DNA of 64,000 nt from Verrucomicrobiota bacterium (GCA_046048995.1 JBJOEZ010000001.1:95479-159478), one strand, 5' to 3'. Positions 20,090 to 30,083 are shown, counted from the first letter of the stretch. A program made the numbers and translations. Notes: a model not told the origin generated them from the sequence alone.

Positions 20090-20162
20090 GTGGCCGAGGT
20101 GGTAGCACCGCGCGCGGGGCGGGGCGAGCAAAACAGGCTGGCGGCGCGGGGGTGGCTGGCGT

Positions 20163-21158
20163 ATGAGCAGGGCCCTGTTGACGACCCCATCCCCAGCGCT
20201 GCTCGAGGTCCGGGACCTGCAGGTGCATTTCCCGGTGCGGCACGGCCTGTTTCGCGCCGCGCGGGAATGGGTGCGCGCGGTGGACGGCGTCTCCTTCACG
20301 CTGGCCCCGGGCGAGACGCTGGGGTTGGTCGGGGAAAGCGGCTGCGGCAAATCGACGCTCGGGCGGGCGGTCATGCGGCTGACCGAGCCGACCGCCGGCC
20401 GCATCCTGTTCGATGGGGAGGACATCACCGAACTGCGCGGCCGCGCATTGCAGTCGCGCCGGCGCGGGTTCCAGATGGTGTTCCAGGACCCCTTCGGCTC
20501 CCTCAATCCCCGCCATACCGTCGAGGCCATCCTGGGCGAGGCGCTCGACATCCATCGCCTGGCCCCCACGCCGGCCGCGCGCCGGGCGCGCATCGTCGAG
20601 TTGCTCGAGGCGGTCGGCCTCGGCGCCGCCCACGCCGACCGCTACCCGCATGAGTTCAGCGGCGGCCAGCGCCAGCGCATCGGCATTGCGCGCGCCCTCG
20701 CCGTCGAGCCCCGCCTGATCGTCGCCGACGAGCCGGTCAGCGCCCTCGACGTCTCCGTCCAGGCCCAGATCGTCAACCTCCTGCAGGACCTCCAGCAACA
20801 GCGCGGGCTGGCCTACCTGTTCATTGCCCATGACCTCGCCGTGGTGGAACACATCAGCCGCCGCGTCCTCGTCATGTATTTGGGCCGCGTTGTCGAGGTG
20901 GCCGAGTCCCGCACCCTTGTGCGCGCCCCCCGGCATCCCTACACGCAGGCCCTGCTCTCGGCCGTGCCGGTCGTCGACCCGGCGGCCAAGCGGAGCCGGG
21001 TGGTGCTGCCCGGGGACGTGCCCTCCCCGATGCGCCCGCCGCCGGGCTGCCCGTTCCATCCCCGGTGTCCGGTGGCCGAGGCGCGCTGCCGGACCGAGCG
21101 GCCGGCGTTGCGGGAGATCGCGCCCGGCCACGCGGCGGCCTGCCACCTGGCAGGCTGA
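20163..21158 (+). CDS. oppF: Oligo/dipeptide ABC transporter ATPase (OppF/DppF type)
   Basis: [40 protein letters not shown]...ACHL. Confidence 0.9.
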   Translation: MSRALLTTPSPALLEVRDLQVHFPVRHGLFRAAREWVRAVDGVSFTLAPGETLGLVGESGCGKSTLGRAVMRLTEPTAGRILFDGEDITELRGRALQSRRRGFQMVFQDPFGSLNPRHTVEAILGEALDIHRLAPTPAARRARIVELLEAVGLGAAHADRYPHEFSGGQRQRIGIARALAVEPRLIVADEPVSALDVSVQAQIVNLLQDLQQQRGLAYLFIAHDLAVVEHISRRVLVMYLGRVVEVAESRTLVRAPRHPYTQALLSAVPVVDPAAKRSRVVLPGDVPSPMRPPPGCPFHPRCPVAEARCRTERPALREIAPGHAAACHLAG

Positions 21159-21297
21159 GGCGGAAGCGGCTGCCCGCCGGGCAGAAGGGTGGAACAGACT
21201 GCGGGAGGGAACCCCAGGAAGGGCGGGAGGTGGGGCCTGGGACCCCGGCCGACGCCCGGGCCCGTGCGGGCCCGGGGCCGGTGAGGGAGGGAAGGGA

Positions 21298-21564
21298 TCA
21301 GCCCTTGAGGGCGTTCACGCGCTGGGCGAGCCGGGACTTTTTCCGGTTGGCGCGCGAGGCGTGGATGGTGCCGGTCTTGGCCGCCTTGTCGTAGGCGGAG
21401 CTCAGCTTTTGGAAGGCCGTGGCCGCCTCGGACTTCTTGCCGCCCTTGATGGCGGTTTCGTAGGCGCGCTCGAGGGACTTGAGGCCGGTCTTGACGCTGC
21501 GGTTGCGCTGGCGCTTGCGCTCACTGTTGCGCGCGCGGCGTTCGGCGGACTTGGTGTTGGGCAT
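21298..21564 (-). CDS. rpsT: 30S ribosomal protein S20
   Basis: MPNTKSAERR...DKAAKTGTIHASRANRKKSRL. Confidence 0.96.
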   Translation of the reverse strand: MPNTKSAERRARNSERKRQRNRSVKTGLKSLERAYETAIKGGKKSEAATAFQKLSSAYDKAAKTGTIHASRANRKKSRLAQRVNALKG

Positions 21565-21600
21565 GGTTCGTTACGCGGTTTTCGACTGCAAAGGACGGGA

Positions 21601-21628
21601 ACGGTAGCCAAACCGGGCCCCTTGTCAA
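21601..21628 (-). promoter_or_regulatory. Sigma70-type promoter of rpsT
   Basis: Minus strand TTGACA-16 bp-TACCGT. Confidence 0.55.
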
Positions 21629-21729
21629 CGCAGACGAAAGGGCCATGGGAGGTCAACCGGTCCACGGGTCAGCGGGTCAGCGGGCGGTTTTCCCCCTCCG
21701 CCCCCGGGCGCGCCGGCAGGGGGAGGGGG

Positions 21730-22839
21730 TTATTTCCCGAGCACCTGGCGGAGGCCGGCCATGGTGCGGGCGTTCTCGGCCGGGGTGCCGACGGAGATCC
21801 GGATGTAGTCCGGCAGGTCGTAGCCGGCCACGGAGCGGACGATGATGCCGAGTTTCTGGAGATCCTGGACCACCCGGGCGCCGTCCCCGACCCGGATGAG
21901 GAGGAAATTGGCGGCGGAGCGGATGATGGGAAGGCCGAGGTCCTGGCAGGCCTTTTCATAGAAGGCGAGCCCGGCGCGGTTGTTCTGCAGGGTGCGCTGG
22001 ACGTGTTCCTCGTCGTCGAGGGCGGCGAGGGCGCCGGCTTGGACGAGGGCATTGATGTTGAACGGTTGCCGGATCTTCTCGAGGGCGGCGACGAGGTCGG
22101 GGTGGCCGATGCCGTAGCCGAGGCGGAGGCCGGCCAGGCCGTAGAGCTTGGAGAAGGTCCGCATCAGGATGAGGTTGGGCTTGGCGCCGGAGCGGATGAG
22201 CGGGAGGAGGTCGCAGCGGTCCTGGGCGTCGAGGAACTCGGTGTAGGCCTCGTCCATGACGAGGAGCGTTTCGGGGGGGACGCCGTTGACGAGGGCCATG
22301 ACCTCGCTGGCGGGGGCGAGGGTGCCGGTGGGGTTGTTGGGGTTGGCGGCGAAGACGATGCGGGTGCGGGGGGTGATGGCCCGGAGCATGGCCGGGAGGT
22401 CATGGCCATGGTTGCGGGCGGGGACGGTGACGAGGTTGGCGCCGAAGAGGCGGGTGACGATGGGGTAGACGGCGAAGCAGTATTGGGAGACGACGACCTC
22501 GGCGCCGGGGCCGAGGAGGGCGTGGCCGGCGAACTCGATGATTTCGTTGGAGCCGTTGCCGAGGATGAGGTTTTCGGGTTGGAGCCCGAGCTTGGCGGCG
22601 AGGCGGCGCTTGAGGTGGAAGGCGTTGCCGTCGGGGTAGAGATGGAGCGTCTTGAGGGACCGCTCCATGGCGGCGAGGGCGGCGGGGGAGGGCCCGAGGG
22701 GGTTCTCGTTGGAGGCGAGCTTGATGATGTCGCCGGGCGGGAGGCCCAGTTCGCGGGCGACCTCGTCGATGGGGCGGCCGGGCGAGTAGGTGGGGATGCG
22801 GTCGAGGTTCGGGCTGAAGGGGAGCTGGAGGGAGGACAT
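21730..22839 (-). CDS. hisC: Histidinol-phosphate aminotransferase
   Basis: KLASNENPLG, GNGSNE, NPNNPTG, DEAY, RTFSKLYGLAGLRLGY. Confidence 0.95.
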   Translation of the reverse strand: MSSLQLPFSPNLDRIPTYSPGRPIDEVARELGLPPGDIIKLASNENPLGPSPAALAAMERSLKTLHLYPDGNAFHLKRRLAAKLGLQPENLILGNGSNEIIEFAGHALLGPGAEVVVSQYCFAVYPIVTRLFGANLVTVPARNHGHDLPAMLRAITPRTRIVFAANPNNPTGTLAPASEVMALVNGVPPETLLVMDEAYTEFLDAQDRCDLLPLIRSGAKPNLILMRTFSKLYGLAGLRLGYGIGHPDLVAALEKIRQPFNINALVQAGALAALDDEEHVQRTLQNNRAGLAFYEKACQDLGLPIIRSAANFLLIRVGDGARVVQDLQKLGIIVRSVAGYDLPDYIRISVGTPAENARTMAGLRQVLGK

Positions 22840-22870
22840 GGGAGGAAAGGGGGGGATGCCGGGGGGCGGT

Positions 22871-23965
22871 TTACAGGGCCTTGAGGATGCGGTTCACGTC
22901 GACGTGCTGGGTGATCAGTTTGCGGATGAGGGCGATTTTCTCGGTGTCATCGGGCCGGGTCTTGACGATGAGGTCATGGACCTTGGAGGCGACCTCGTAG
23001 CTGTCCTGGCGGGCGAGGAGGACGGGGAAGGGGAGGGCGCGGATGGCCTTGAGGATGCTTTCGCCGGGGCGGAGGTCGCCGGTGAGGACGATGCCGGAGA
23101 GCTGGGGGCCGCCGGCGCCGCCCATGGAGGTGGCGGCGGCGAGGATGATGTCCTCGCGGTCGCCGGGGGTGATGAGGAGGACCCCCTCCTTGAAGTAGCG
23201 CATGGCGTTGTTGACGCCCATGGCGCCGACGACGACATCGCGGACGAGGTTGTGGCTTTGGCGGTCGGAGTTGAGGAACTGGGCCTCGAGTTCGTCGCGG
23301 ATGGAGAGGAGCGTGGGGCGGGAGAGGACGGGTTGGTTGGGGATGACGCCGAGGAGGTCGAGGCCCTTGCGGCGGAGGCCGCGGCGGGCGAACTCGGTGA
23401 CGAAGTCGACCTTCTCGGGGAGGACCTTGTTGAGGATGACGCCGATGATTTCGACGCCCTCCTGCTGGAAGAGGGCCTGGTTGAGGGCGACCTCGTCGAT
23501 GGGTTTGCCGATGCCGCCGCGGGAGACGATGACGACCTTGGCCTTGAGGATTTTGGCGACCTGGGCGTTGGAGAGGTCGAAGACGCTGCCGACGCCGGCG
23601 TGGCCGGAGCCCTCGCAGAGGACGAAATCCTTTTCCCAGGCGACGCGGTCGAAGGCTTTTTCGATGGTGCGGACGAGGGTGTCGCGGTTGGAGGACTGGA
23701 GGTATTTGCGGGTGAAGTCCGGCTCGATGGCGATGGGGCTCATGTCGACGAGCGGGCAGTTGAGCCGGTAGACGCTGTCCATGAGGACGGTGTCCTCGTC
23801 GATCTTGTGCTCGGCGACCTCGATGAAGCGCTGGCCGACGGGCTTGATGTAGCCGATGCGGGGGTAGCGATCCTGGAGGGCGGAGAGGAGGCCGAGGGAG
23901 GTGGTGGTTTTCCCGTCGTTTTGGCGGGTGGCGGCGATGAAGACGCGGGGCGTGACGGTGTTCAT
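22871..23965 (-). CDS. Stand-alone BioD-like P-loop plus DRTGG protein (homologue of the PtaII N-terminal region)
   Basis: RQNDGKTT Walker A, YIKPVG, EGSGHAGVG, ILNKV, VGAM...ITPGDREDI. Confidence 0.85.
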   Translation of the reverse strand: MNTVTPRVFIAATRQNDGKTTTSLGLLSALQDRYPRIGYIKPVGQRFIEVAEHKIDEDTVLMDSVYRLNCPLVDMSPIAIEPDFTRKYLQSSNRDTLVRTIEKAFDRVAWEKDFVLCEGSGHAGVGSVFDLSNAQVAKILKAKVVIVSRGGIGKPIDEVALNQALFQQEGVEIIGVILNKVLPEKVDFVTEFARRGLRRKGLDLLGVIPNQPVLSRPTLLSIRDELEAQFLNSDRQSHNLVRDVVVGAMGVNNAMRYFKEGVLLITPGDREDIILAAATSMGGAGGPQLSGIVLTGDLRPGESILKAIRALPFPVLLARQDSYEVASKVHDLIVKTRPDDTEKIALIRKLITQHVDVNRILKAL

Positions 23966-24017
23966 GGCGGTCGCGGTGGGCCTGGGGGGCGCGCGGGGCG
24001 GCCCCGGGGCGGGGCGG

Positions 24018-25070
24018 CTACTCCCCGGGCAGCTTTTTGCCGGCCTCGGGATAGAGGTCGGCGTAGGCGATGGACTGGAGTCCGACGATGGCGGCGACGC
24101 CGAGGATGTCGTGGGCGTTGGAGCCGCGGGAGACATCGGCGGCGGGGCGGTCAAGGCCGAGGAGGATTTGGCCGTAGGCGTTGGCGCGGGCGACGTGCTG
24201 GACCAGCTTGCTGGCGATGTTGCCGGAGTTGAGGTCGGGGAACACGAGCACGTTGGCGCGGCCCGCCACCTTGCTGTCGGGCAGTTTGCGCTGGGCGATA
24301 TCGGGGACGAGGGCGGCGTCGACCTGCAGTTCGCCGTCGAAATCGGCCTCGAGGCCCTTGGCCCGGGCCTTTTGCTGGGCGAGGGCGGTGGCGGCCTGGA
24401 CGCGGCCGATGCTGGGGTGGGTGGCGCTGCCCTTGGTGGAGTAGGAAAGCAGGGCCACGCGCGGGCGGGTGCCGAGGAGGAGGCGGGCCAGTTGGGCGGT
24501 GGACACGGCGATGTCGGCCAGTTGATCGACGGTGGGCTCGGGGATGACGCCGCAGTCGGCCATGAACATGACCCCCTGCTCGCCGAAGCGGGTGTCCTCC
24601 ACCTCCATGATCATGCAACTGGAGGCGGTGGTGGCCTGGGGGGCGACCTTGATGATCTGGAAGAGCGGACGGAGGGTGCTGCCGGTGATTTCGCTGGTGC
24701 CGGACACGAAGCCGTCGGCCTGGTGCATGGCGACCATCATGGCCCCGTAGTAGTTGGGGTTGAGCATGGCCTCGCGGGCCTCGCGTTCCTGGATGCCCTT
24801 GCAGCGCCGGAGCATCTCAAAACGCCGGGCGAAGCTTTCGAGATCCTCGCTCTCGGCCGGGTTGATGATGCGGACCCCCTCGAGCGAGACATTGAGGTCG
24901 GCGGCGGCGGCCTTGATGCGGGAGCGGTCGCCCAGGAGGATGGGAGCTCCCAGGCGCAGGGAATAGAACTGCCGGGCCGCCTGCAGGATGCGCGGTTCGG
25001 TGCCCTCCGGGAACACCACCCGTTTGGGGTGGCGCTGGAGCTTCTCAATGATGCCGCCAATGAATCGCAC
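24018..25070 (-). CDS. pta: Phosphate acetyltransferase (catalytic PTA_PTB domain only)
   Basis: RVVFPEG, ADCGV, LSYSTKGS, DGELQVDAA, FPDLNSGNI, DVSRG; GTG start at 25070 inferred. Confidence 0.87.
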   Translation of the reverse strand: MRFIGGIIEKLQRHPKRVVFPEGTEPRILQAARQFYSLRLGAPILLGDRSRIKAAAADLNVSLEGVRIINPAESEDLESFARRFEMLRRCKGIQEREAREAMLNPNYYGAMMVAMHQADGFVSGTSEITGSTLRPLFQIIKVAPQATTASSCMIMEVEDTRFGEQGVMFMADCGVIPEPTVDQLADIAVSTAQLARLLLGTRPRVALLSYSTKGSATHPSIGRVQAATALAQQKARAKGLEADFDGELQVDAALVPDIAQRKLPDSKVAGRANVLVFPDLNSGNIASKLVQHVARANAYGQILLGLDRPAADVSRGSNAHDILGVAAIVGLQSIAYADLYPEAGKKLPGE

Positions 25071-25261
25071 GGGCGGTTTTAGTACGCGACCCACCCCCAA
25101 AGCGCAACTGGCAAAGGGGTCGTGGCGGCCGACGGGACGAGTCTGGGCCGGGCTCCACCCACCATGTTTCGCGCCCCTGCGTGCGCTGACGCCGGACGGA
25201 AGCCGGGAATCCGCTTGACGGTCCGCAGACCCGATCGCAATTCTGCGCGACCGTGTGCACC

Positions 25262-28200
25262 ATGAATTGCCGCGCGCCGGTCGGCGCCTCCGCGGCCTCC
25301 TTCCTCCCCCGGTTGTCCCGCTGGCATGCCCTCCTCGCGGGCCTTGGTCTGCTGGCGGCCGGTCCACTCCCGGCCGCGGCGGCTGCTTCCGGGGCCACCC
25401 CTGCCCCCCGGGCCGCCGGGACGGCGTTGCCGGCCTTCTTTGAGGCCAACCGCGGGCAGGCCGACGCCCGCTACGCCTTCGTGGCCCGCGGCCAGCGCCA
25501 TGCCGTGCAACTGGCCGCCAACGAGGCCGTGGTGGTCCTTGAAGAGGCCGCCAGCGGGACGTCCCGCGAGGTGCGCCTGGCCTGGGTGGGCGCCTCCCCG
25601 GCCGCGCGTCCCGAGGGCCTGGAACCCCTGGCCGGCCGGGTGCATTACCTGCTCGGGTCCGATCCCTCCCGCTGGCAGACCGGGGTGCCGACCTTTGGGC
25701 GCGTCCGTTTCGAGGGGATCCTGCCGGGGATTGACGTGGTGTATTACGCCAATGGCCGCGAGTTGGAATACGATTTCCTGCTGGCGCCCGGGGCCGACCC
25801 GCGGGCGCTGCGCCTGCGGGTGGAAGGAGCGGACCAAGCCCGGATGGGCCGGGGCGGGGAACTCATCCTGGAGGCGGGCGGGGTCCGCCTGTTGCAGCAC
25901 CGCCCGGTGGCCTACCAGGTCGTGCAGGGCGCCCGGCGCCCGGTCGCGGTCCGTTATGTCCTGGCGGGCCGCGAGGTCACGTTGGCGGTGGGGGATTACG
26001 ACCCGGCGTTGCCCTTGGTGATTGACCCCATCCTCAGCTACTCGACCTACCTGGGCAGTGCGGGGCAGCAGCAGGGGTGGGCCATTGCGGTGGACGCCTC
26101 CGGCGCGGTTTACGTGGCGGGCGAGACGCTCACCGCGCTCAAGACGCTGCCGGTGTCCGGGCTGCAAACCAACTTTGCCGGCGGAACCTCGACCAGCGGG
26201 GACGCCTTTGTGGGCAAGCTGACGCCCGACGGGACGGCTTTTGCCTATTTGACCTACCTTGGGGGCAGTTCGCTGGACGGGGCGGTCGGCCTGGCGGTCG
26301 ATGCCGAGGGGCACGCGTTTGTCACGGGCTACACCACGTCCCGCGAGTTTCCCGTCACGCCGGGCGCCTACCAGACGACCATTGCCGGGCGGAACGTCCA
26401 GCGCACAACCATCCCGCCCTCGGACGCGTTCGTGGCCAAGCTGAGCCCGGACGGGGGGTCCCTCGTCTATGCGACCTTCCTGGGCGGCACCAACCTGGAG
26501 GGCGGCGTTTCCATCGCCGTGGATGCCGCCGGCTCCGCCCATGTCGCCGGCTACACGGAGACGGAGGCGGTCTACCGCCAGACCAACCGGATCTGCATCA
26601 CGACCTGCACCAACGACCTTTGCGGTCCGACTTCCTGCACCACCAACGTGGTCCGCGGCGGCTTTTATCTTCAGCCCAGCCTGACCACCAACCTCACCGG
26701 CACCCAGGTGACCGCCAACCCGCCGGGCACCAACACGACCTACCAGATTGTCGAGACCACTCCGCTGTCGCTGGAGGTGCTGGACGCCGGGTTCCCCGTG
26801 ACCAATGCCGCGCAGCAGTTCCATGGCGGTGACCGGGACCTGTTCGTGGCGCGGCTGAGCCCGTCGGGCAGCGCCCTGCTTTACTCGACCTACCTGGGTG
26901 GCAGCGAACGCGAGACCCCGGGCGGCCTGGCCCTCGACGCGGCGGGCAACGTCTATGTGACGGGCGGCACCTCGAGCGACGATCTCCCGGTTTCGACCAA
27001 TGCCTTCCAGCCCTTCCGGGGAGACAACCGGGACGCCTTCGTCACCAGCCTGGATCCGGTCGGGGCCATCCGGTATTCGACTTACCTGGGCGGGAGCGGC
27101 TTGGACCGGGCGTATGGGATTGCGGTGGACGCGGCCGGGGCGGCGGTGGTCACCGGGTCCAAGACCTCGGCGGATTTTCCCACCACGCCGGGCGCGTGGA
27201 ACCGGGGTGGGGTTTACCGGAGCCTGACCGGGGGCGACGCCTGGCTGCCGTCCGGGGATGGACTTGCCCACACGGTGGTGGAGGCGCTGGCGGCGCTGCC
27301 GGACGGCGGCCTGCTGGCCGCCACGCCGCGCGGCGTCTTTCGCGGCGCGCCGGGCGGCCTGGCGTGGACCCCGGCCTACCTCTCGCTCAGCCTCGGCGGG
27401 TTCAGTGCGCTGGCGACCGACGCCACCGGCACGAATCTCTATGTCGGCACCGGCGAGGGGCTGTTGTTGAGCCCCGATGCCGGCGCGAACTGGTACCTTG
27501 CGGAGGGCTTCGGCGACCGGCGCGTGAGTGCGGTGGCGCTGGCGGGCGGGGTCATCCTGGCCGGCACGCGCGGGGCGGGCGTCTATCGCAGCACCAACCA
27601 GGCGGTGAGCTGGAAGGCGGCCAACTCCGGCCTCGGCAACCTGGCCGTGAACGCCCTGGCCGTGCATCCGGCCGATGCCAGCCTGGTCTTTGCCGCGACC
27701 GATGGGGGCGTGTTTCGCAGCACCAACTCCGGGGCCACGTGGCGGGGAGCCAACGGAGGCCTCACCCCGAAAATCATCCTTTCCCTGGCCCTCGACCCCG
27801 CCACCCCGGGCACACTTTACGCCGGCACCGGCCGCGGGGTTTACAAGTCCCTCAACCATGGCAGCAACTGGACCTTCAGCGGGACGGGCCTGACCGCCTC
27901 CAACATCCTGGCCCTGACCCTTGATCCGCAGTCGCCCTCGATCGTTTACGCCGGGTCCACCAACGGGCTGTTCAAGAGCCTGGACGGGGCGGCCACGTGG
28001 TCCAACGTCAGCACGGGCCTGTTTCCGCGCGAGGTCCGGTCCCTGGCCTGGGGCACCCTGGCGCCGGCCGCGCTCTACGCCGGCCTCCGGGCGAGCAACA
28101 GTTTTGGCGGCAGCAACGATGTGTTCCTGACCAAGCTGCTGCCGGACGGGACCGGCCTGGAATGGTCGGTGGCGCTGGGCGGGAGGCGGGATGACCAGGC

Positions 28201-28756
28201 CTTTGCCGTGGCACTGGACGGGGTGGGCCGGCCGACATTGGCCGGGTGGTCGGATTCCACCAATTTCCCGACGCTGAACACCAACGGGTTCCTGCGGGCG
28301 ACCAATGCGGGCAAGCGCGATGTCTTTGTGGCGCGGTTTTCCTCCGACGCCTCGCAGTTGCTCTACTCCGCCTACCTGGGCGGCAAGGCGCACGATTACG
28401 GCCATGGACTGGCGGTGGACGGGGCGGGGGCGGCCTATGTGACGGGCCGGACGGATTCCAAGGATTTCCCGGTGGTCTCGGCCTTCCAGCCCGGGTTTGG
28501 GGGCACGGCGGACGCCTTTGTGGCCAAGGTGATCCCGGAGGTTGCGGTGGTGGTGATGCGCACGCCGGAGGCGGTGCAGGTGCGCTGGCCGGGACCGCTG
28601 CCGGGCTACGCGCTGGAAGGGGCGGAGTCCCCGGCCGGGCCCTGGACCGTGCTGCCGGCCGTGCCAACCCTGCGGGGGGGCACCCACGAAGTGTCTCTGC
28701 CCCACGGCACACGCAGCCAGTTCTTCCGGCTGCGCCGGGCGACGCCCGCGGAATGA
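25262..28756 (+). CDS. Secreted SBBP beta-propeller protein with N-terminal FEANRGQ domain and nested BNR/VPS10-like repeats
   Basis: FEANRGQ, YD...PLVIDP, repeated YSTYLGG..D....AVD..G..YVTG.T.S.DFP, repeated GV(Y/F)(R/K)S.(N/D).G.(T/N)W; C-terminal SQFFRLRR module. Confidence 0.88.
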   Translation: MNCRAPVGASAASFLPRLSRWHALLAGLGLLAAGPLPAAAAASGATPAPRAAGTALPAFFEANRGQADARYAFVARGQRHAVQLAANEAVVVLEEAASGTSREVRLAWVGASPAARPEGLEPLAGRVHYLLGSDPSRWQTGVPTFGRVRFEGILPGIDVVYYANGRELEYDFLLAPGADPRALRLRVEGADQARMGRGGELILEAGGVRLLQHRPVAYQVVQGARRPVAVRYVLAGREVTLAVGDYDPALPLVIDPILSYSTYLGSAGQQQGWAIAVDASGAVYVAGETLTALKTLPVSGLQTNFAGGTSTSGDAFVGKLTPDGTAFAYLTYLGGSSLDGAVGLAVDAEGHAFVTGYTTSREFPVTPGAYQTTIAGRNVQRTTIPPSDAFVAKLSPDGGSLVYATFLGGTNLEGGVSIAVDAAGSAHVAGYTETEAVYRQTNRICITTCTNDLCGPTSCTTNVVRGGFYLQPSLTTNLTGTQVTANPPGTNTTYQIVETTPLSLEVLDAGFPVTNAAQQFHGGDRDLFVARLSPSGSALLYSTYLGGSERETPGGLALDAAGNVYVTGGTSSDDLPVSTNAFQPFRGDNRDAFVTSLDPVGAIRYSTYLGGSGLDRAYGIAVDAAGAAVVTGSKTSADFPTTPGAWNRGGVYRSLTGGDAWLPSGDGLAHTVVEALAALPDGGLLAATPRGVFRGAPGGLAWTPAYLSLSLGGFSALATDATGTNLYVGTGEGLLLSPDAGANWYLAEGFGDRRVSAVALAGGVILAGTRGAGVYRSTNQAVSWKAANSGLGNLAVNALAVHPADASLVFAATDGGVFRSTNSGATWRGANGGLTPKIILSLALDPATPGTLYAGTGRGVYKSLNHGSNWTFSGTGLTASNILALTLDPQSPSIVYAGSTNGLFKSLDGAATWSNVSTGLFPREVRSLAWGTLAPAALYAGLRASNSFGGSNDVFLTKLLPDGTGLEWSVALGGRRDDQAFAVALDGVGRPTLAGWSDSTNFPTLNTNGFLRATNAGKRDVFVARFSSDASQLLYSAYLGGKAHDYGHGLAVDGAGAAYVTGRTDSKDFPVVSAFQPGFGGTADAFVAKVIPEVAVVVMRTPEAVQVRWPGPLPGYALEGAESPAGPWTVLPAVPTLRGGTHEVSLPHGTRSQFFRLRRATPAE

Positions 28757-28789
28757 GGGGCTGTTCCGGCCGCGGGCCGGACACCGGGG

Positions 28790-29890
28790 TCAGCGCTGCA
28801 CGCGCGCGCCGCCGCCCTTCATGAGCTTCTCCACCTCGCCGCGGTCGGCCATGGAGGTGTCGCCCGGGGTGGTCATGGCCAGCGCGCCGTGGGCGGCGCC
28901 GTATTCGACCGCCTTCTGGGGATCGCCGGAGGTCATCAGCCCGTAAATGAAGCCGCTGGCGAAGCTGTCGCCGCCGCCGACGCGGTCGAGGATTTCGAGC
29001 TGGGGATACTTGCGGCTCTCGTAGAACTTGCCGTCGTGCCAGGCGATGGCGGCCCAGTCATTGATGGTGGCGGTGTGGGCGGCGCGCAGGGTGGTGGCGG
29101 TGGCCTTGAAGTTCGGGAAGGTCTTCACCGCCGTCTCGATCATGCGCTGGAAGGCGGCCACGTCGATCTGGAGCAGGTGCTCGTCCGCCCCCTCCACGTG
29201 GAAGCCGAGGCAGGCGGTGAAATCCTCCTCGTTGCCGATCATGACGTCCACGTGGCGGGCGATCTCGCGGTTGACCTCCTGGGCCCGTTTCTGGCCGCCG
29301 ATCGACTTCCAGAGGCTGGGCCGGTAGTTGAGGTCGTAGGAGACAATGGTGCCATGTTCCTTGGCCTTCTTGACGCACTCGATGACGAGCTGGGGGGTGG
29401 TGTCGGAGAGGGCGGCAAAGATGCCGCCGGTGTGCAGCCAGCGCACGCCGAGCTTGCCGAAGATGTGGTCCCAGTCGAAGTCGCCGGGCTTGAGCTGGCT
29501 GGCGGCAGTGTGGCCGCGGTCGGGGATGCCGACGGCGCCGCGCACGCCGAAGCCGCGCTCGGTGAAGTTGAGGCCGTTGCGGGTCACGCGCCCCACCCCG
29601 TCGAAGGGTTTCCAGAGGATGAAGTCGGTGGCCACGCCGCCCTGGAGGATGAAGTCCTCGAGCAGGCGGCCGACGTCGTTGTCGGCGAAGGCGGTGGCCA
29701 CGGCGGTGCGGAGGCCGAAGCACCGGCGGAGGCCGCGGGCAACGTTGTATTCGCCGCCGCCCTCCCAGACCTTGAACTCGCGGGCGGTGCGAATCCGGCC
29801 CTCGCCGGGATCGAGGCGAAGCATGATTTCGCCAAGGGCGAGCATGTCGAAGGCGCAGGAACCGGGAGGCTTGATGGTCAGGGAGGGCAT
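28790..29890 (-). CDS. kdgK: PfkB-family sugar kinase, 2-keto-3-deoxygluconate kinase-like
   Basis: LGEIMLRLDP, GGGEYNVA, YDLNYRPSLW, DRVGGGDSF. Confidence 0.85.
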   Translation of the reverse strand: MPSLTIKPPGSCAFDMLALGEIMLRLDPGEGRIRTAREFKVWEGGGEYNVARGLRRCFGLRTAVATAFADNDVGRLLEDFILQGGVATDFILWKPFDGVGRVTRNGLNFTERGFGVRGAVGIPDRGHTAASQLKPGDFDWDHIFGKLGVRWLHTGGIFAALSDTTPQLVIECVKKAKEHGTIVSYDLNYRPSLWKSIGGQKRAQEVNREIARHVDVMIGNEEDFTACLGFHVEGADEHLLQIDVAAFQRMIETAVKTFPNFKATATTLRAAHTATINDWAAIAWHDGKFYESRKYPQLEILDRVGGGDSFASGFIYGLMTSGDPQKAVEYGAAHGALAMTTPGDTSMADRGEVEKLMKGGGARVQR

Positions 29891-30083
29891 GGTGCGGATG
29901 CGGATGTCAGGGTTCGGGTCAGGGAATGTCGCGTTGCGGCTTGGCCGCCCGGGGGCGGCAGCGAGCGGGGAAATTGCGAAAAGCAGGCCGGAAACTCAAC
30001 TGGTTTTTCGCCGCGGCGCGCTCCGCGGCCTGCGGCCAGTTCGCGGTTGGCGTTTTTCCGCAGCCGGCCTACCCTTGCCGCCC

